Below are positions 34,992 to 42,236 of a stretch of DNA of 64,000 nucleotides, one piece after another. Origin of the DNA: Eubacteriales bacterium (lineage in GTDB: Bacteria; Bacillota; Clostridia; Oscillospirales; CAG-382); the NCBI GenBank assembly GCA_045536535.1, contig JAZSNS010000019.1, positions 18,826 to 82,825 on the forward strand. Reading direction: 5' to 3'. Position 1 is the first letter of the stretch. Each line of letters opens with the position of its first letter. The notes below the pieces were generated by a model. That model worked only from the letters and a program-made list of their open reading frames with translations, searched no databases and was not told the DNA's origin. The translations under genes and the position numbers were made by a program.

Positions 34992-37250
34992 ATGAAATTT
35001 ACAAAAAGATTTCTCGCGTTTGTTCTCGCGGCGTTGATGCTCGTTTCTGTTTGCGTCGTGGTCGTTTCCGCTGAATCTTACGTTCTCGGTGACGTTACAC
35101 GCGACGGAAAAATCAACGCAAGAGACTACATTAAGGTAAAACGTCATTGCCTTAAAACCACGACTCTTACCGATGAAGAGTTTAACCTTGCTGACATTAA
35201 CCGCGACGGCAGGGTAAATGCTCAGGACTACATCAAAATCAAGCGTCATTGTCTCGGCACAGCCATCATTGAAAACACTTTGTTCTCAATGACTCCTCAG
35301 GGCGATGTCGTTGAAATCGACGATAACGTTTATTATCAGTATTACACCGTTCAGAGCGGCGAAGCAAATCGCACCGAAACCGTTGTTTCGATGGAATTTG
35401 ACCCTGCTGACGGTTATATCCCGATGGTATTCTCGGGTCAGGCATGTAATTATTGGGATTACGATTCGGGCATCCTCTCTACGCAATATGATATCGCTAC
35501 CCAGAAATACGGTTATGACGTAGTAGGTGTTATCAACGGCTCGTTCTTCTCGATGGACACCGCTTATGGTCAATACGGTCTTCTTAACGGAAATATCATT
35601 TCCAACGGCAAGGTCGTTTCCGCACATGCAGGCCACTATGATACAGTTGTTGCTTTCGATTCGGACGGCAGCATGAATTTTGTCAACAGCCAGCTTGAAT
35701 TCAAACTGTTCCTCGGCGGCAAGGAAGTGCCCAACGGTATTTATTACATCAACAAGCACTCCGGCCATTTGAACGGAGCTAACTGGAGCAACAGATTCTA
35801 TTATTTCGATACCTCTTGCGGCAGCAACGCCACGACCTATGCTGTATGCCCGGGTTACGAAGTGGTTTGCGAAAAGGTAAACAACTCCGAACTTGCTGTC
35901 GGCGATATGCTTTACGGCAGAATTATCGAAATCAAAGAAAATTCCTACGGCACTGCTCTTTCGGACGGCGAATACGATATGTCCGATAAGTTCGTTCTCT
36001 TCGTAGCTGACGATTCGCCTTATGCAAGTTATGTCGAAGACCTTGTTTTAGGTGACATCGTTAACATTCAGGTTAACGAAACCGTTGCGGCTTCCAAAGA
36101 AATCATGGAAAACGCAAACAGCGTTATCCCCAACGTCGGCTTCCTCGTTAAGGACGGCGTTGACCAGACTCAGATCAAATCCACGATCGGCACTCACGAC
36201 GTTACTCTCGCTGCTCGTTGGACTGCATTCGGTCAGAAGGCAGACGGCTCTTACGTATTCTTCACCTCCGAAGGCGGCTCTACCGGCGAAACCAGCAGAT
36301 CGATCACCCTCCGCGACGTTGCGAAGTTCATGATCGAAAAGGGCTGCGTTAACGTTATCCGTATGGACGGCGGCGGATCGAGCGCAATGTACGTTAAAGA
36401 CACCGGCGACGGCGAACCCGGTTATCTCCAAAGCAGCACTCGCGACGTTGGCGACTGTATCCTCGTTGTCAAGGCCGACAGCACCAAGAGCGAAGACCTT
36501 GAAAACATTCTTTCTGCCAGAATAGCCGAAGCAAAAGCTATCGTTGCAAGCGAACCCAACGCAACTATTTCTGCCGCAATCGCAGAAGCAGAAGCGATTC
36601 TCGCGCTTGACAACCCCGTTTCGGGCGATGTTCGCCGCGAAATCTGCGACCTTGATGATGCTATGTCCGGCAGAGACAGAATCGCTGATCTTATCGAGCA
36701 GGCAAACGGCGTTAAATTCACCGAATTCAGCGTTACAAACCTCGATGCTCTCCGCAATGCTTATGCGGACGCGGTTGCGGCTCTTAACGCTCCCGACGTT
36801 ACATATGGAGAATCGAAATATATCTGCGATACTCTCGAAGCGCTTCTTGAAACCAAAGGCGAAGGCGAACTTGTTGAAAACGGCATTTTCATCACCGGCT
36901 TCAACAGCTCCATTCTCGCAGGCGATGCCACCATTTTCACTCCCGATTTCGGCGAGATCTCTCACTCTACCGCAAACCACAAATGGACGCAGAACATGAT
37001 TCTCACCTGGGATGATTTGATGGGCGGTTATGTCGTTACCGAAATGTTCCATGGCAACGGCGATGCAAAGACGGTCAACCTCGAAGAAAATCAGTTGTTC
37101 ATCGCGCTTCACCGGGACAGCTCTGTTCCCGACAGCATTCCCAATATGGACGCATTCAGTCAGGCAACCGTAGGCCAGAGACTTATTATCAACGGCATCG
37201 ACATTGAAAATAAGACGATCGGCTTCCTCGCTTATATTAAATTTGTATAA
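34992..37250 (+). CDS. Secreted dockerin-bearing phosphodiester glycosidase (NAGPA/DUF2233-like) with a C-terminal unassigned module
   Basis: Start MKFTKRFLAFVLAALMLVSV at 34992 with GGAG upstream. Dockerin pair GDVTRDGKINARDYIKVKRHCL and ADINRDGRVNAQDYIKIKRHCLG. NAGPA-like GVINGSFF...RWTAFGQKADGSYVFFT...IRMDGGGSSAMYV. Confidence 0.75.
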   Translation: MKFTKRFLAFVLAALMLVSVCVVVVSAESYVLGDVTRDGKINARDYIKVKRHCLKTTTLTDEEFNLADINRDGRVNAQDYIKIKRHCLGTAIIENTLFSMTPQGDVVEIDDNVYYQYYTVQSGEANRTETVVSMEFDPADGYIPMVFSGQACNYWDYDSGILSTQYDIATQKYGYDVVGVINGSFFSMDTAYGQYGLLNGNIISNGKVVSAHAGHYDTVVAFDSDGSMNFVNSQLEFKLFLGGKEVPNGIYYINKHSGHLNGANWSNRFYYFDTSCGSNATTYAVCPGYEVVCEKVNNSELAVGDMLYGRIIEIKENSYGTALSDGEYDMSDKFVLFVADDSPYASYVEDLVLGDIVNIQVNETVAASKEIMENANSVIPNVGFLVKDGVDQTQIKSTIGTHDVTLAARWTAFGQKADGSYVFFTSEGGSTGETSRSITLRDVAKFMIEKGCVNVIRMDGGGSSAMYVKDTGDGEPGYLQSSTRDVGDCILVVKADSTKSEDLENILSARIAEAKAIVASEPNATISAAIAEAEAILALDNPVSGDVRREICDLDDAMSGRDRIADLIEQANGVKFTEFSVTNLDALRNAYADAVAALNAPDVTYGESKYICDTLEALLETKGEGELVENGIFITGFNSSILAGDATIFTPDFGEISHSTANHKWTQNMILTWDDLMGGYVVTEMFHGNGDAKTVNLEENQLFIALHRDSSVPDSIPNMDAFSQATVGQRLIINGIDIENKTIGFLAYIKFV

Positions 37251-37266
37251 TCCCAAAATAAGAAAA

Positions 37267-37300
37267 GAAGGTTTTCCTCAACGGAAAACCTTCTTTTTTT
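37267..37300 (+). terminator. Rho-independent terminator
   Basis: GAAGGTTTTCC-TCAAC-GGAAAACCTTC followed by TTTTTTT. Confidence 0.82.
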
Positions 37301-37338
37301 GACGTTGTTGCGAAACCGAAACGTCAAACCTAAAAGGA

Positions 37339-37366
37339 TTGACTTTTTGGCAAAAACATTTATAAT
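37339..37366 (+). promoter_or_regulatory. sigma-A-like promoter (TTGACT-16-TATAAT) driving only a 12-codon gene fragment
   Basis: TTGACT at 37339-37344 and TATAAT at 37361-37366. A GAGGAA RBS and the ATG at 37396 follow. Confidence 0.5.
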
Positions 37367-37395
37367 GTTCAAAAAACGGTTGAGGAATTTGTTTT

Positions 37396-37434
37396 ATGAC
37401 GAGAATCATGTTTGTCTGTCACGGCAAGATTTAA
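37396..37434 (+). pseudogene. 5' fragment of a low-molecular-weight protein-tyrosine-phosphatase gene (MTRIMFVCHGKI, then stop)
   Basis: Encodes the start of the CX5R P-loop (FVCHG). It shares the 14-nt core GTCTGTCACGGCAA with the intact gene at 38368. The frame ends after codon 12. Confidence 0.55.
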
Positions 37435-37613
37435 GCCAGCCACGGCACACCAAGCTATGCCACCTTATACTACCCTTTGCAACGGGTTGACCTCATTTGT
37501 ACTACTCGCATACTACTTTTGAAAACAACCACATTTTGCCCCAATATGACGAAATAGCACAGCCGCCTCCATCACGGAGGCGGCTGTTTTTATCATTTCG
37601 ATACCTAATACTT

Positions 37614-38057
37614 TTAACCTACACCCAGAACTACTTGGAATAAAGAAAAGCCAATACCTTGATTGTCGGAAAGGTAAACCACATTTAGGAAAACTACGGC
37701 ACCATCAGTCAGCGTAACTTGGTAAGTTACTTGCTCTTGTCTGGTTTTTCCAGCTGTGCCAGTGGAGGTATTGACGGTGATACTTTTCAATTCAATGGCA
37801 CTTGCTTTTCTACCTGCCAGGTAGGCACTCATTTGGGCGATAGCATTATCGGATGTTTCTGCAACCTGGGGATGTAGCAAGGCTTTGGCATCGGATGCGT
37901 TATCATCAGCTAATGCTGCCATCATTTCCTCTACTTTCGGAGTAGCTTCTGCCTCGCCTGCTATCGCACCTGACATATTTTGTGTAAAGTTACAGGCGGT
38001 CAAGCAGCCAAGTAGTGCAAATAGGACCAGGGTAAGGCGAATTATCTTTTTCATCAA
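37614..38057 (-). CDS. Lipoprotein, function unknown, in a compositionally distinct cassette
   Basis: Lipobox MMKKIIRLTLVLFALLGCLTAC. Codon choice visibly differs from neighbours (few NCG codons). An RBS (AAAGGAG) lies upstream. Confidence 0.7.
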   Translation of the reverse strand: MMKKIIRLTLVLFALLGCLTACNFTQNMSGAIAGEAEATPKVEEMMAALADDNASDAKALLHPQVAETSDNAIAQMSAYLAGRKASAIELKSITVNTSTGTAGKTRQEQVTYQVTLTDGAVVFLNVVYLSDNQGIGFSLFQVVLGVG

Positions 38058-38367
38058 TAGGACTCCTTTCGTTTTTTATCAAACTGTTTGCCTAATTGAA
38101 TTATATACCGCCAACTCACAGAAATCAAGAAATTTCGTATCAATCCCCAATTACCGCTGCCCGTCCATATCTGCAAAAGTAGCTATGATGATGGTAGTGG
38201 GATTTTTGTTTTCAGCATTTACCCCGTCAGCCAAAAGCCGTTTTTTCGGCTTCTACTTTAGATGCGTAACTCTTGCCGACGGAAAAGCCTTCCCCTCAAG
38301 GGGAAAGCCTTTGTTGCAATCTTTGGGCGGCTGTGTTACAATATTCCTTCGAAAGCGAGGAAAAGTT

Positions 38368-38832
38368 ATGAATAAGATATTATTCGTCTGTCACGGCAAC
38401 ATCTGCCGCTCTCCTATGGCGGAATTTATTTTCAAAAACATGCTTTCGGAACGCGGACTTTCTTCGGATTTTTACGTATGTTCAAGCGCAACGAGCAGCG
38501 AGGAGATTTGGAACGGCAGAGGCAATCCCGTTTATCCTCCCGCGAAAGCCGAACTTTTAAAACACGGAATCACCTGCGAGGGCAAGACCGCGGTTCAGCT
38601 CAAAAAGGCAGATTATGACAATTATGATCTTTTCGTCGGAATGGACAGCGCAAACATTCGCAATATGCACCGTATTTTCGGAAGCGATGCCGACGATAAG
38701 ATAAGAAAACTCATGGATTACACCTCTCGCGGGGGCGACGTTGCCGACCCTTGGTATTCCGACCGTTTTGATGTTGCCTATCGCGATATTTTCGACGGTT
38801 GTAAAGCGCTTCTTGCTGAATTGATAAAATAA
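38368..38832 (+). CDS. Low-molecular-weight protein-tyrosine phosphatase
   Basis: Start MNKILFVCHGNICRSPMAE at 38368 (P-loop CX5R(S)). DP motif DVADPWY. The listed ORF start at 37885 is an over-extension. Confidence 0.88.
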   Translation: MNKILFVCHGNICRSPMAEFIFKNMLSERGLSSDFYVCSSATSSEEIWNGRGNPVYPPAKAELLKHGITCEGKTAVQLKKADYDNYDLFVGMDSANIRNMHRIFGSDADDKIRKLMDYTSRGGDVADPWYSDRFDVAYRDIFDGCKALLAELIK

Positions 38833-39003
38833 AAGGAAAAAAGTGTTTTGATTTGCAAAGCACTTTTTTAAAATTTCGGGGGGGTTGTTTAAGTTTTGCT
38901 TTTATCCTCTTGAAAAACGGAAAAAAATATGATAGAATAATGCAATATATAATGTGTTATTATGGCTTAAAATGTCGAAAGTGCAACCGTTTGGGAGATT
39001 TGC

Positions 39004-39861
39004 ATGAATATAGGATTGGTTTTGGCGGGGGGAATGGCCAAGGGCGCTTATGAAGTGGGCGCGCTGAAAGCCTTGGCTGAATTCGTACCGAAAGACGAAA
39101 TTAAATATATGAGCTGTTCTTCAATCGGAACTCTTAACGGTTATGCTTATATGACTGACCGAATGGATTGGATGGACAGCGTTTGGGATACAATCTGCGG
39201 AGACAAGGATCGTCAGATATTCACGCGTGTTCTTCGTTCCGATCTGCTTGACAGCAAGGTTGATGAACTTGACCTTGCCGAAGACAAATTGGATTTTGTG
39301 TTTTATACCTCGATGCTCGATCTTGGAAAAACGCAGATAAATTATAAAGATATCGCAAACGTTCCGCCCGAAAAACGCAGGGAATATCTCCTTGCAAGCG
39401 CGGCGTTCCCGATTTATCGCAAGCCTGTTAAAATCGGCGATCGAAAGTATTATGACGGCGCGTTGATAGATAACATACCCGTTTATCCGATGATGAAACA
39501 CGAAATGGATTATATAATTTGCATCCATTTTGACGATACCGCATATAAATTCGAGAACCCCGAGTTTGATAATAAGATCATCGAGATCACCTTTTATGAT
39601 GATACGATCTTCAAAGACTATTTCATTTTCAACAAAAAAGATATCGAGCGAATGAAGGAACAGGGTTACGAAAAAACGAAACGCGTTCTTTCCGACGTTT
39701 TTGCTCAGGGTTATGACAATAAAGAAGCGGTCTATGAGGGCATAATCAGGAATGATGAGCAAAATGCCAAGAGCCGTAAACTTCGCCTGACCACCGACGT
39801 TGTCGTGTCAAACTTCAACAAACTCACTCAAAAATTTACAAAACGGCGCATCACGCCGTAG
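39004..39861 (+). CDS. Patatin-like phospholipase (second copy, divergent)
   Basis: GLVLAGGMAKGAYEVGALKAL, and a nucleophile elbow that reads CSSIGT (G-x-S-x-G position reads CSSIG). DGALIDN Asp motif. Confidence 0.78.
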   Translation: MNIGLVLAGGMAKGAYEVGALKALAEFVPKDEIKYMSCSSIGTLNGYAYMTDRMDWMDSVWDTICGDKDRQIFTRVLRSDLLDSKVDELDLAEDKLDFVFYTSMLDLGKTQINYKDIANVPPEKRREYLLASAAFPIYRKPVKIGDRKYYDGALIDNIPVYPMMKHEMDYIICIHFDDTAYKFENPEFDNKIIEITFYDDTIFKDYFIFNKKDIERMKEQGYEKTKRVLSDVFAQGYDNKEAVYEGIIRNDEQNAKSRKLRLTTDVVVSNFNKLTQKFTKRRITP

Positions 39862-39890
39862 TTGACAATAGGATTTATCTGTGATATGAT
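39862..39890 (+). promoter_or_regulatory. sigma-A-like promoter for tRNA-Ala (TTGACA-17-TATGAT)
   Basis: TTGACA at 39862-39867 and TATGAT at 39885-39890, 10 nt before the tRNA 5' end. Confidence 0.55.
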
Positions 39891-39899
39891 AAATCTCAC

Positions 39900-39975
39900 G
39901 GGGCATTAGCGCAGCTGGGAGCGCACAACACTGGCAGTGTTGGGGTCAGGGGTTCGAATCCCCTATGCTCCACCA
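39900..39975 (+). tRNA. tRNA-Ala (anticodon GGC), CCA encoded
   Basis: Cloverleaf folds by hand. Acceptor GGGGCAT/ATGCTCC includes the G3:U70 alanine identity pair. Anticodon loop CTGGCAG, T-loop TTCGAAT, 3' ACCA. Confidence 0.92.
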
Positions 39976-39977
39976 AA

Positions 39978-40009
39978 AAACGACAGGTTTTGACCTGTCG
40001 TTTCTTTTT
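39978..40009 (+). terminator. Rho-independent terminator
   Basis: CGACAGGT-TTTG-ACCTGTCG followed by TTTCTTTTT. Confidence 0.75.
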
Positions 40010-40054
40010 GTGCATTGACCTCTCGTTGTTCTCGCTTTTTCTCTGATCGTCGTT

Positions 40055-40975
40055 TCAATGACAACGAGAGGAGGGAATTGCGCTGCCCTGAATGATGTTT
40101 CGTTTTTCCATTTCGCGCTTTATTGTGTTCATGACGGTTTTCTTATCCGCGCTCCAAAGCGGCGAAACAAGGTGCGCTTTCGGCGCGTCGCCCGTGATGC
40201 GGTGAACAACGATATTTTCGGGCAGACGGTTGATGCAGGCAAAAAGGATCTCCATATATTCATCAAGAGAAAGCGCATTGAATCCGCCCGATTCAAAATC
40301 GGCACAAAGGTCGGTGCCGCGAAGAACATGAAGAAGTTGAAGTTTTATCCCTTTTGTACCCGATTTTACGGCAAGGTCGACCGAATCAAGTGCGTCGGCA
40401 ACCGTTTCGCCGGGCAGCCCGAGGATTATGTGGGTTATGACTTCAATGCCGTTCGCATTAAGGTCGGAAACCGCTTTTTCAAAAGCTTCGTTTTTGTAAC
40501 AGCGCCTTATGTATTCGGCGGTCTTTTCGTTTGCGGTCTGCAACCCGAGTTCGACCCAAACGGGTTTTATTCTGTTCAGCTCGGCGAGCATTGCAACGGT
40601 TTCTTCGGGCAGGCAATCGGGACGCGTCGCGACAGAAATCGCAACGATATCGTCGCGTTTTAAAACTTCCGAAAACACGTTTTTCAAAAAGTCAACGGGC
40701 GCATAGGTGTTTGTGAAACTTTGAAAATATGCAATGAATTTCTGTGCATCGGTCTTTTTTGAAATGAGTTTTTTCGCTTCTTCAATACGGGCGTGGACAT
40801 CGCCGTTCTGCTTTGCGAAATGGGACGAACCTTCAAGACAGAAAATGCAACCGCGAGTGTCAAGCGTTCCGTCGCGGTTAGGGCAGGTAAGCCCCAGATC
40901 GAGCGAAATTTTATAGACCTTCTCGCCGAAGGTCTTTTTCAGATATTCGTTCAAAGAATAATATCGGTTTTGCAT
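40055..40975 (-). CDS. Radical SAM protein, TIGR01212 family
   Basis: N-terminal YYSLNEYLKKTFGEKVYKISLDLGLTCPNRDG...GCIFC, characteristic of this family. Confidence 0.85.
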   Translation of the reverse strand: MQNRYYSLNEYLKKTFGEKVYKISLDLGLTCPNRDGTLDTRGCIFCLEGSSHFAKQNGDVHARIEEAKKLISKKTDAQKFIAYFQSFTNTYAPVDFLKNVFSEVLKRDDIVAISVATRPDCLPEETVAMLAELNRIKPVWVELGLQTANEKTAEYIRRCYKNEAFEKAVSDLNANGIEVITHIILGLPGETVADALDSVDLAVKSGTKGIKLQLLHVLRGTDLCADFESGGFNALSLDEYMEILFACINRLPENIVVHRITGDAPKAHLVSPLWSADKKTVMNTIKREMEKRNIIQGSAIPSSRCH

Positions 40976-41055
40976 TTTGTTTCACCGCCCGAAAACAATT
41001 ATAACAAAAACCTCTTCGCTTTACAATAGAAAAGCGATTTTGACAAACGATTCTC

Positions 41056-41084
41056 TTGACAAAAAAATGAGGTTGGGTTATAAT
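41056..41084 (+). promoter_or_regulatory. sigma-A-like promoter for tRNA-Gly (TTGACA-17-TATAAT)
   Basis: TTGACA at 41056-41061 and TATAAT at 41079-41084. Confidence 0.6.
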
Positions 41085-41104
41085 TCTTCTCACAAAACAA
41101 AAAC

Positions 41105-41178
41105 GCAGGCGTAGTTTAGTGGCAGAACTTCAGCTTCCCAAGCTGACTGTGCGGGTTCGATTCCCGTCGCTTGCTCCA
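41105..41178 (+). tRNA. tRNA-Gly (anticodon CCC), CCA encoded
   Basis: Acceptor GCAGGCG/CGCTTGC, anticodon stem TCAGC/GCTGA with loop TTCCCAA, T-loop TTCGATT, discriminator T plus CCA. Confidence 0.9.
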
Positions 41179-41244
41179 AAAGAAAAAGAGACGCAAGGTC
41201 TCTTTTTTTCTTTTGGATTACAAAAATGGAGGGAATCGAAGGGC
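41177..41244 (+). repeat. 68-nt direct repeat, copy 1 (tRNA-Gly 3' flank)
   Basis: Matches 42044-42111 at 67/68 positions; the single difference is T41227 versus C42094. Confidence 0.9.
41183..41210 (+). terminator. Rho-independent terminator after tRNA-Gly
   Basis: AGAGAC-GCAAG-GTCTCT followed by TTTTTT. Two more hairpin+T-run structures follow at about 41248-41276 and 41368-41410. Confidence 0.72.
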
Positions 41245-41345
41245 AGTAAAAAAACAGTCCGGTGGACTGTTTTTTCTGCCACAGGGGAGAGAGCGAAAAG
41301 GCGAGAGCGAGCGGAGCGCAGCGGCAAGCCTTGAAAGCGAACGGA

Positions 41346-41365
41346 GATTCCCGTCGCTTGCTCCA
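41346..41365 (+). repeat. 20-nt perfect direct repeat of the tRNA-Gly 3' end (att-like remnant)
   Basis: GATTCCCGTCGCTTGCTCCA at 41346-41365 is identical to tRNA positions 41159-41178. Confidence 0.88.
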
Positions 41366-41410
41366 ACAAAAAAGTCTCTTTTGTCTATCAGACAAAAGAG
41401 ACTTTTTTCA

Positions 41411-41580
41411 ATGATATCCGTTCCCTGCGGTCGCAGATGATACAGCAAACGCTATGATATCTGCTTCGCAGATGATATACGCTTCGCGTATGAAGGAACG
41501 GATATTATATCATGCTTGCGGAGCAAGTATATCATACGGCGATAGCCGTATATCATGTCGCGTCAGCGATATATCATTGA
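41411..41580. repeat. Array of short hairpin units separated by ATC/GAT trinucleotides, in two opposed orientations
   Basis: Right half: ATC + ATGCTTGC-GGA-GCAAGTAT (41512-41530), ATC + ATACGGC-GATA-GCCGTAT (41534-41551), ATC + ATGTCGC-GTCA-GCGATAT (41555-41572), ATC. Left half, inverted: ATCTGC-TTC-GCAGAT (41459-41473) and ATACGC-TTC-GCGTAT (41477-41491), plus two imperfect units. An outer 13/14 inverted repeat pairs 41411-41424 with 41495-41508. Confidence 0.6.
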
Positions 41581-41605
41581 ATACTGCAATAATTCATGGT
41601 ATAAT
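41577..41605 (+). promoter_or_regulatory. sigma-A-like promoter (TTGAAT-17-TATAAT) abutting the hairpin array
   Basis: TTGAAT at 41577-41582 and TATAAT at 41600-41605, 22 nt upstream of the ATG at 41628. Confidence 0.5.
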
Positions 41606-41627
41606 CATTTCGAAAGGAGAATGCGAA

Positions 41628-41984
41628 ATGAAAAAATTATATATTATATTACTTGTCGTTGTTTTGATTTTTAATCTCACTGCTTGTGATGAGGATTTGG
41701 TAAAAGGAAGTATTGTAAACCAAGCAAACAACACAACAGCAGAACTTGATATTATGCCTCAAAAACTGTTTGAATTTGCAGAGATTGGCGATATAGTTGT
41801 GGTAACTGCTGGGAATTTCAAAGCAGAAATGCCCCTTGTTGATGAATTGATTGCAGAAGAAGGCAAATTGCAATTATTTTATGATGCAAATGAACATACA
41901 TTAAACATATGTTCTTACAATCAAAACTTTTTTGAAACTTGTGATGTTTCATCCGATGACAAGGTTAAAATTAACAAAAAGTGA
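41628..41984 (+). CDS. Small lipoprotein, function unknown (AT-rich cargo gene)
   Basis: Start MKKLYIILLVVVLIFNLTAC at 41628 with a GGAGA RBS; the listed ORF start at 41454 reads through the hairpin array. Hand count of 41641-41700 gives 18/60 G+C. Confidence 0.65.
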   Translation: MKKLYIILLVVVLIFNLTACDEDLVKGSIVNQANNTTAELDIMPQKLFEFAEIGDIVVVTAGNFKAEMPLVDELIAEEGKLQLFYDANEHTLNICSYNQNFFETCDVSSDDKVKINKK

Positions 41985-42043
41985 ATACACTACTTTTGGT
42001 CGTTTTTACCCCCCCACTTATACACCTTTTGGTCGTTCTTTCG

Positions 42044-42111
42044 CAAAAGAAAAAGAGACGCAAGGTCTCTTTTTTTCTTTTGGATTACAAAAACGGAGGG
42101 AATCGAAGGGC
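42044..42111 (+). repeat. 68-nt direct repeat, copy 2
   Basis: 67/68 identical to 41177-41244. It includes a second copy of the AGAGAC/GTCTCT terminator hairpin. The preceding about 15 nt weakly resemble the tRNA 3' end. Confidence 0.9.
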
Positions 42112-42183
42112 GCGTGTTGAATGAAGGAGGGACAAGACCTTTCCTCGCATTATTATATCTATATGTTGATCAAATCACAAAAA

Positions 42184-42220
42184 GATAAAAAAGGTTTTCC
42201 GCTTTTGACGGAAAACCTTC
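42184..42220 (-). terminator. Rho-independent terminator (minus strand)
   Basis: AAGGTTTTCCG/CGGAAAACCTT stem. On the minus strand it is followed by TTTTTT. Confidence 0.75.
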
Positions 42221-42236
42221 TATAATTATTTATTAT

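Noticed and set aside
41411-41580. Hairpin-unit array considered as a CRISPR array.
   Set aside because: The units are 21-22 bp in total, the constant part is only about 7-8 nt, the variable parts are themselves palindromic, the orientation flips mid-array, and no cas genes occur in the window.
37431-42111. Integrase, transposase or recombinase genes associated with the PTP-stub cassette or the tRNA-Gly repeats.
   Set aside because: No ORF in any frame of these intervals shows tyrosine/serine recombinase or DDE/HUH motifs. The only coding cargo is two small lipoproteins. The loci are therefore reported as scars or remnants, not as active mobile elements.
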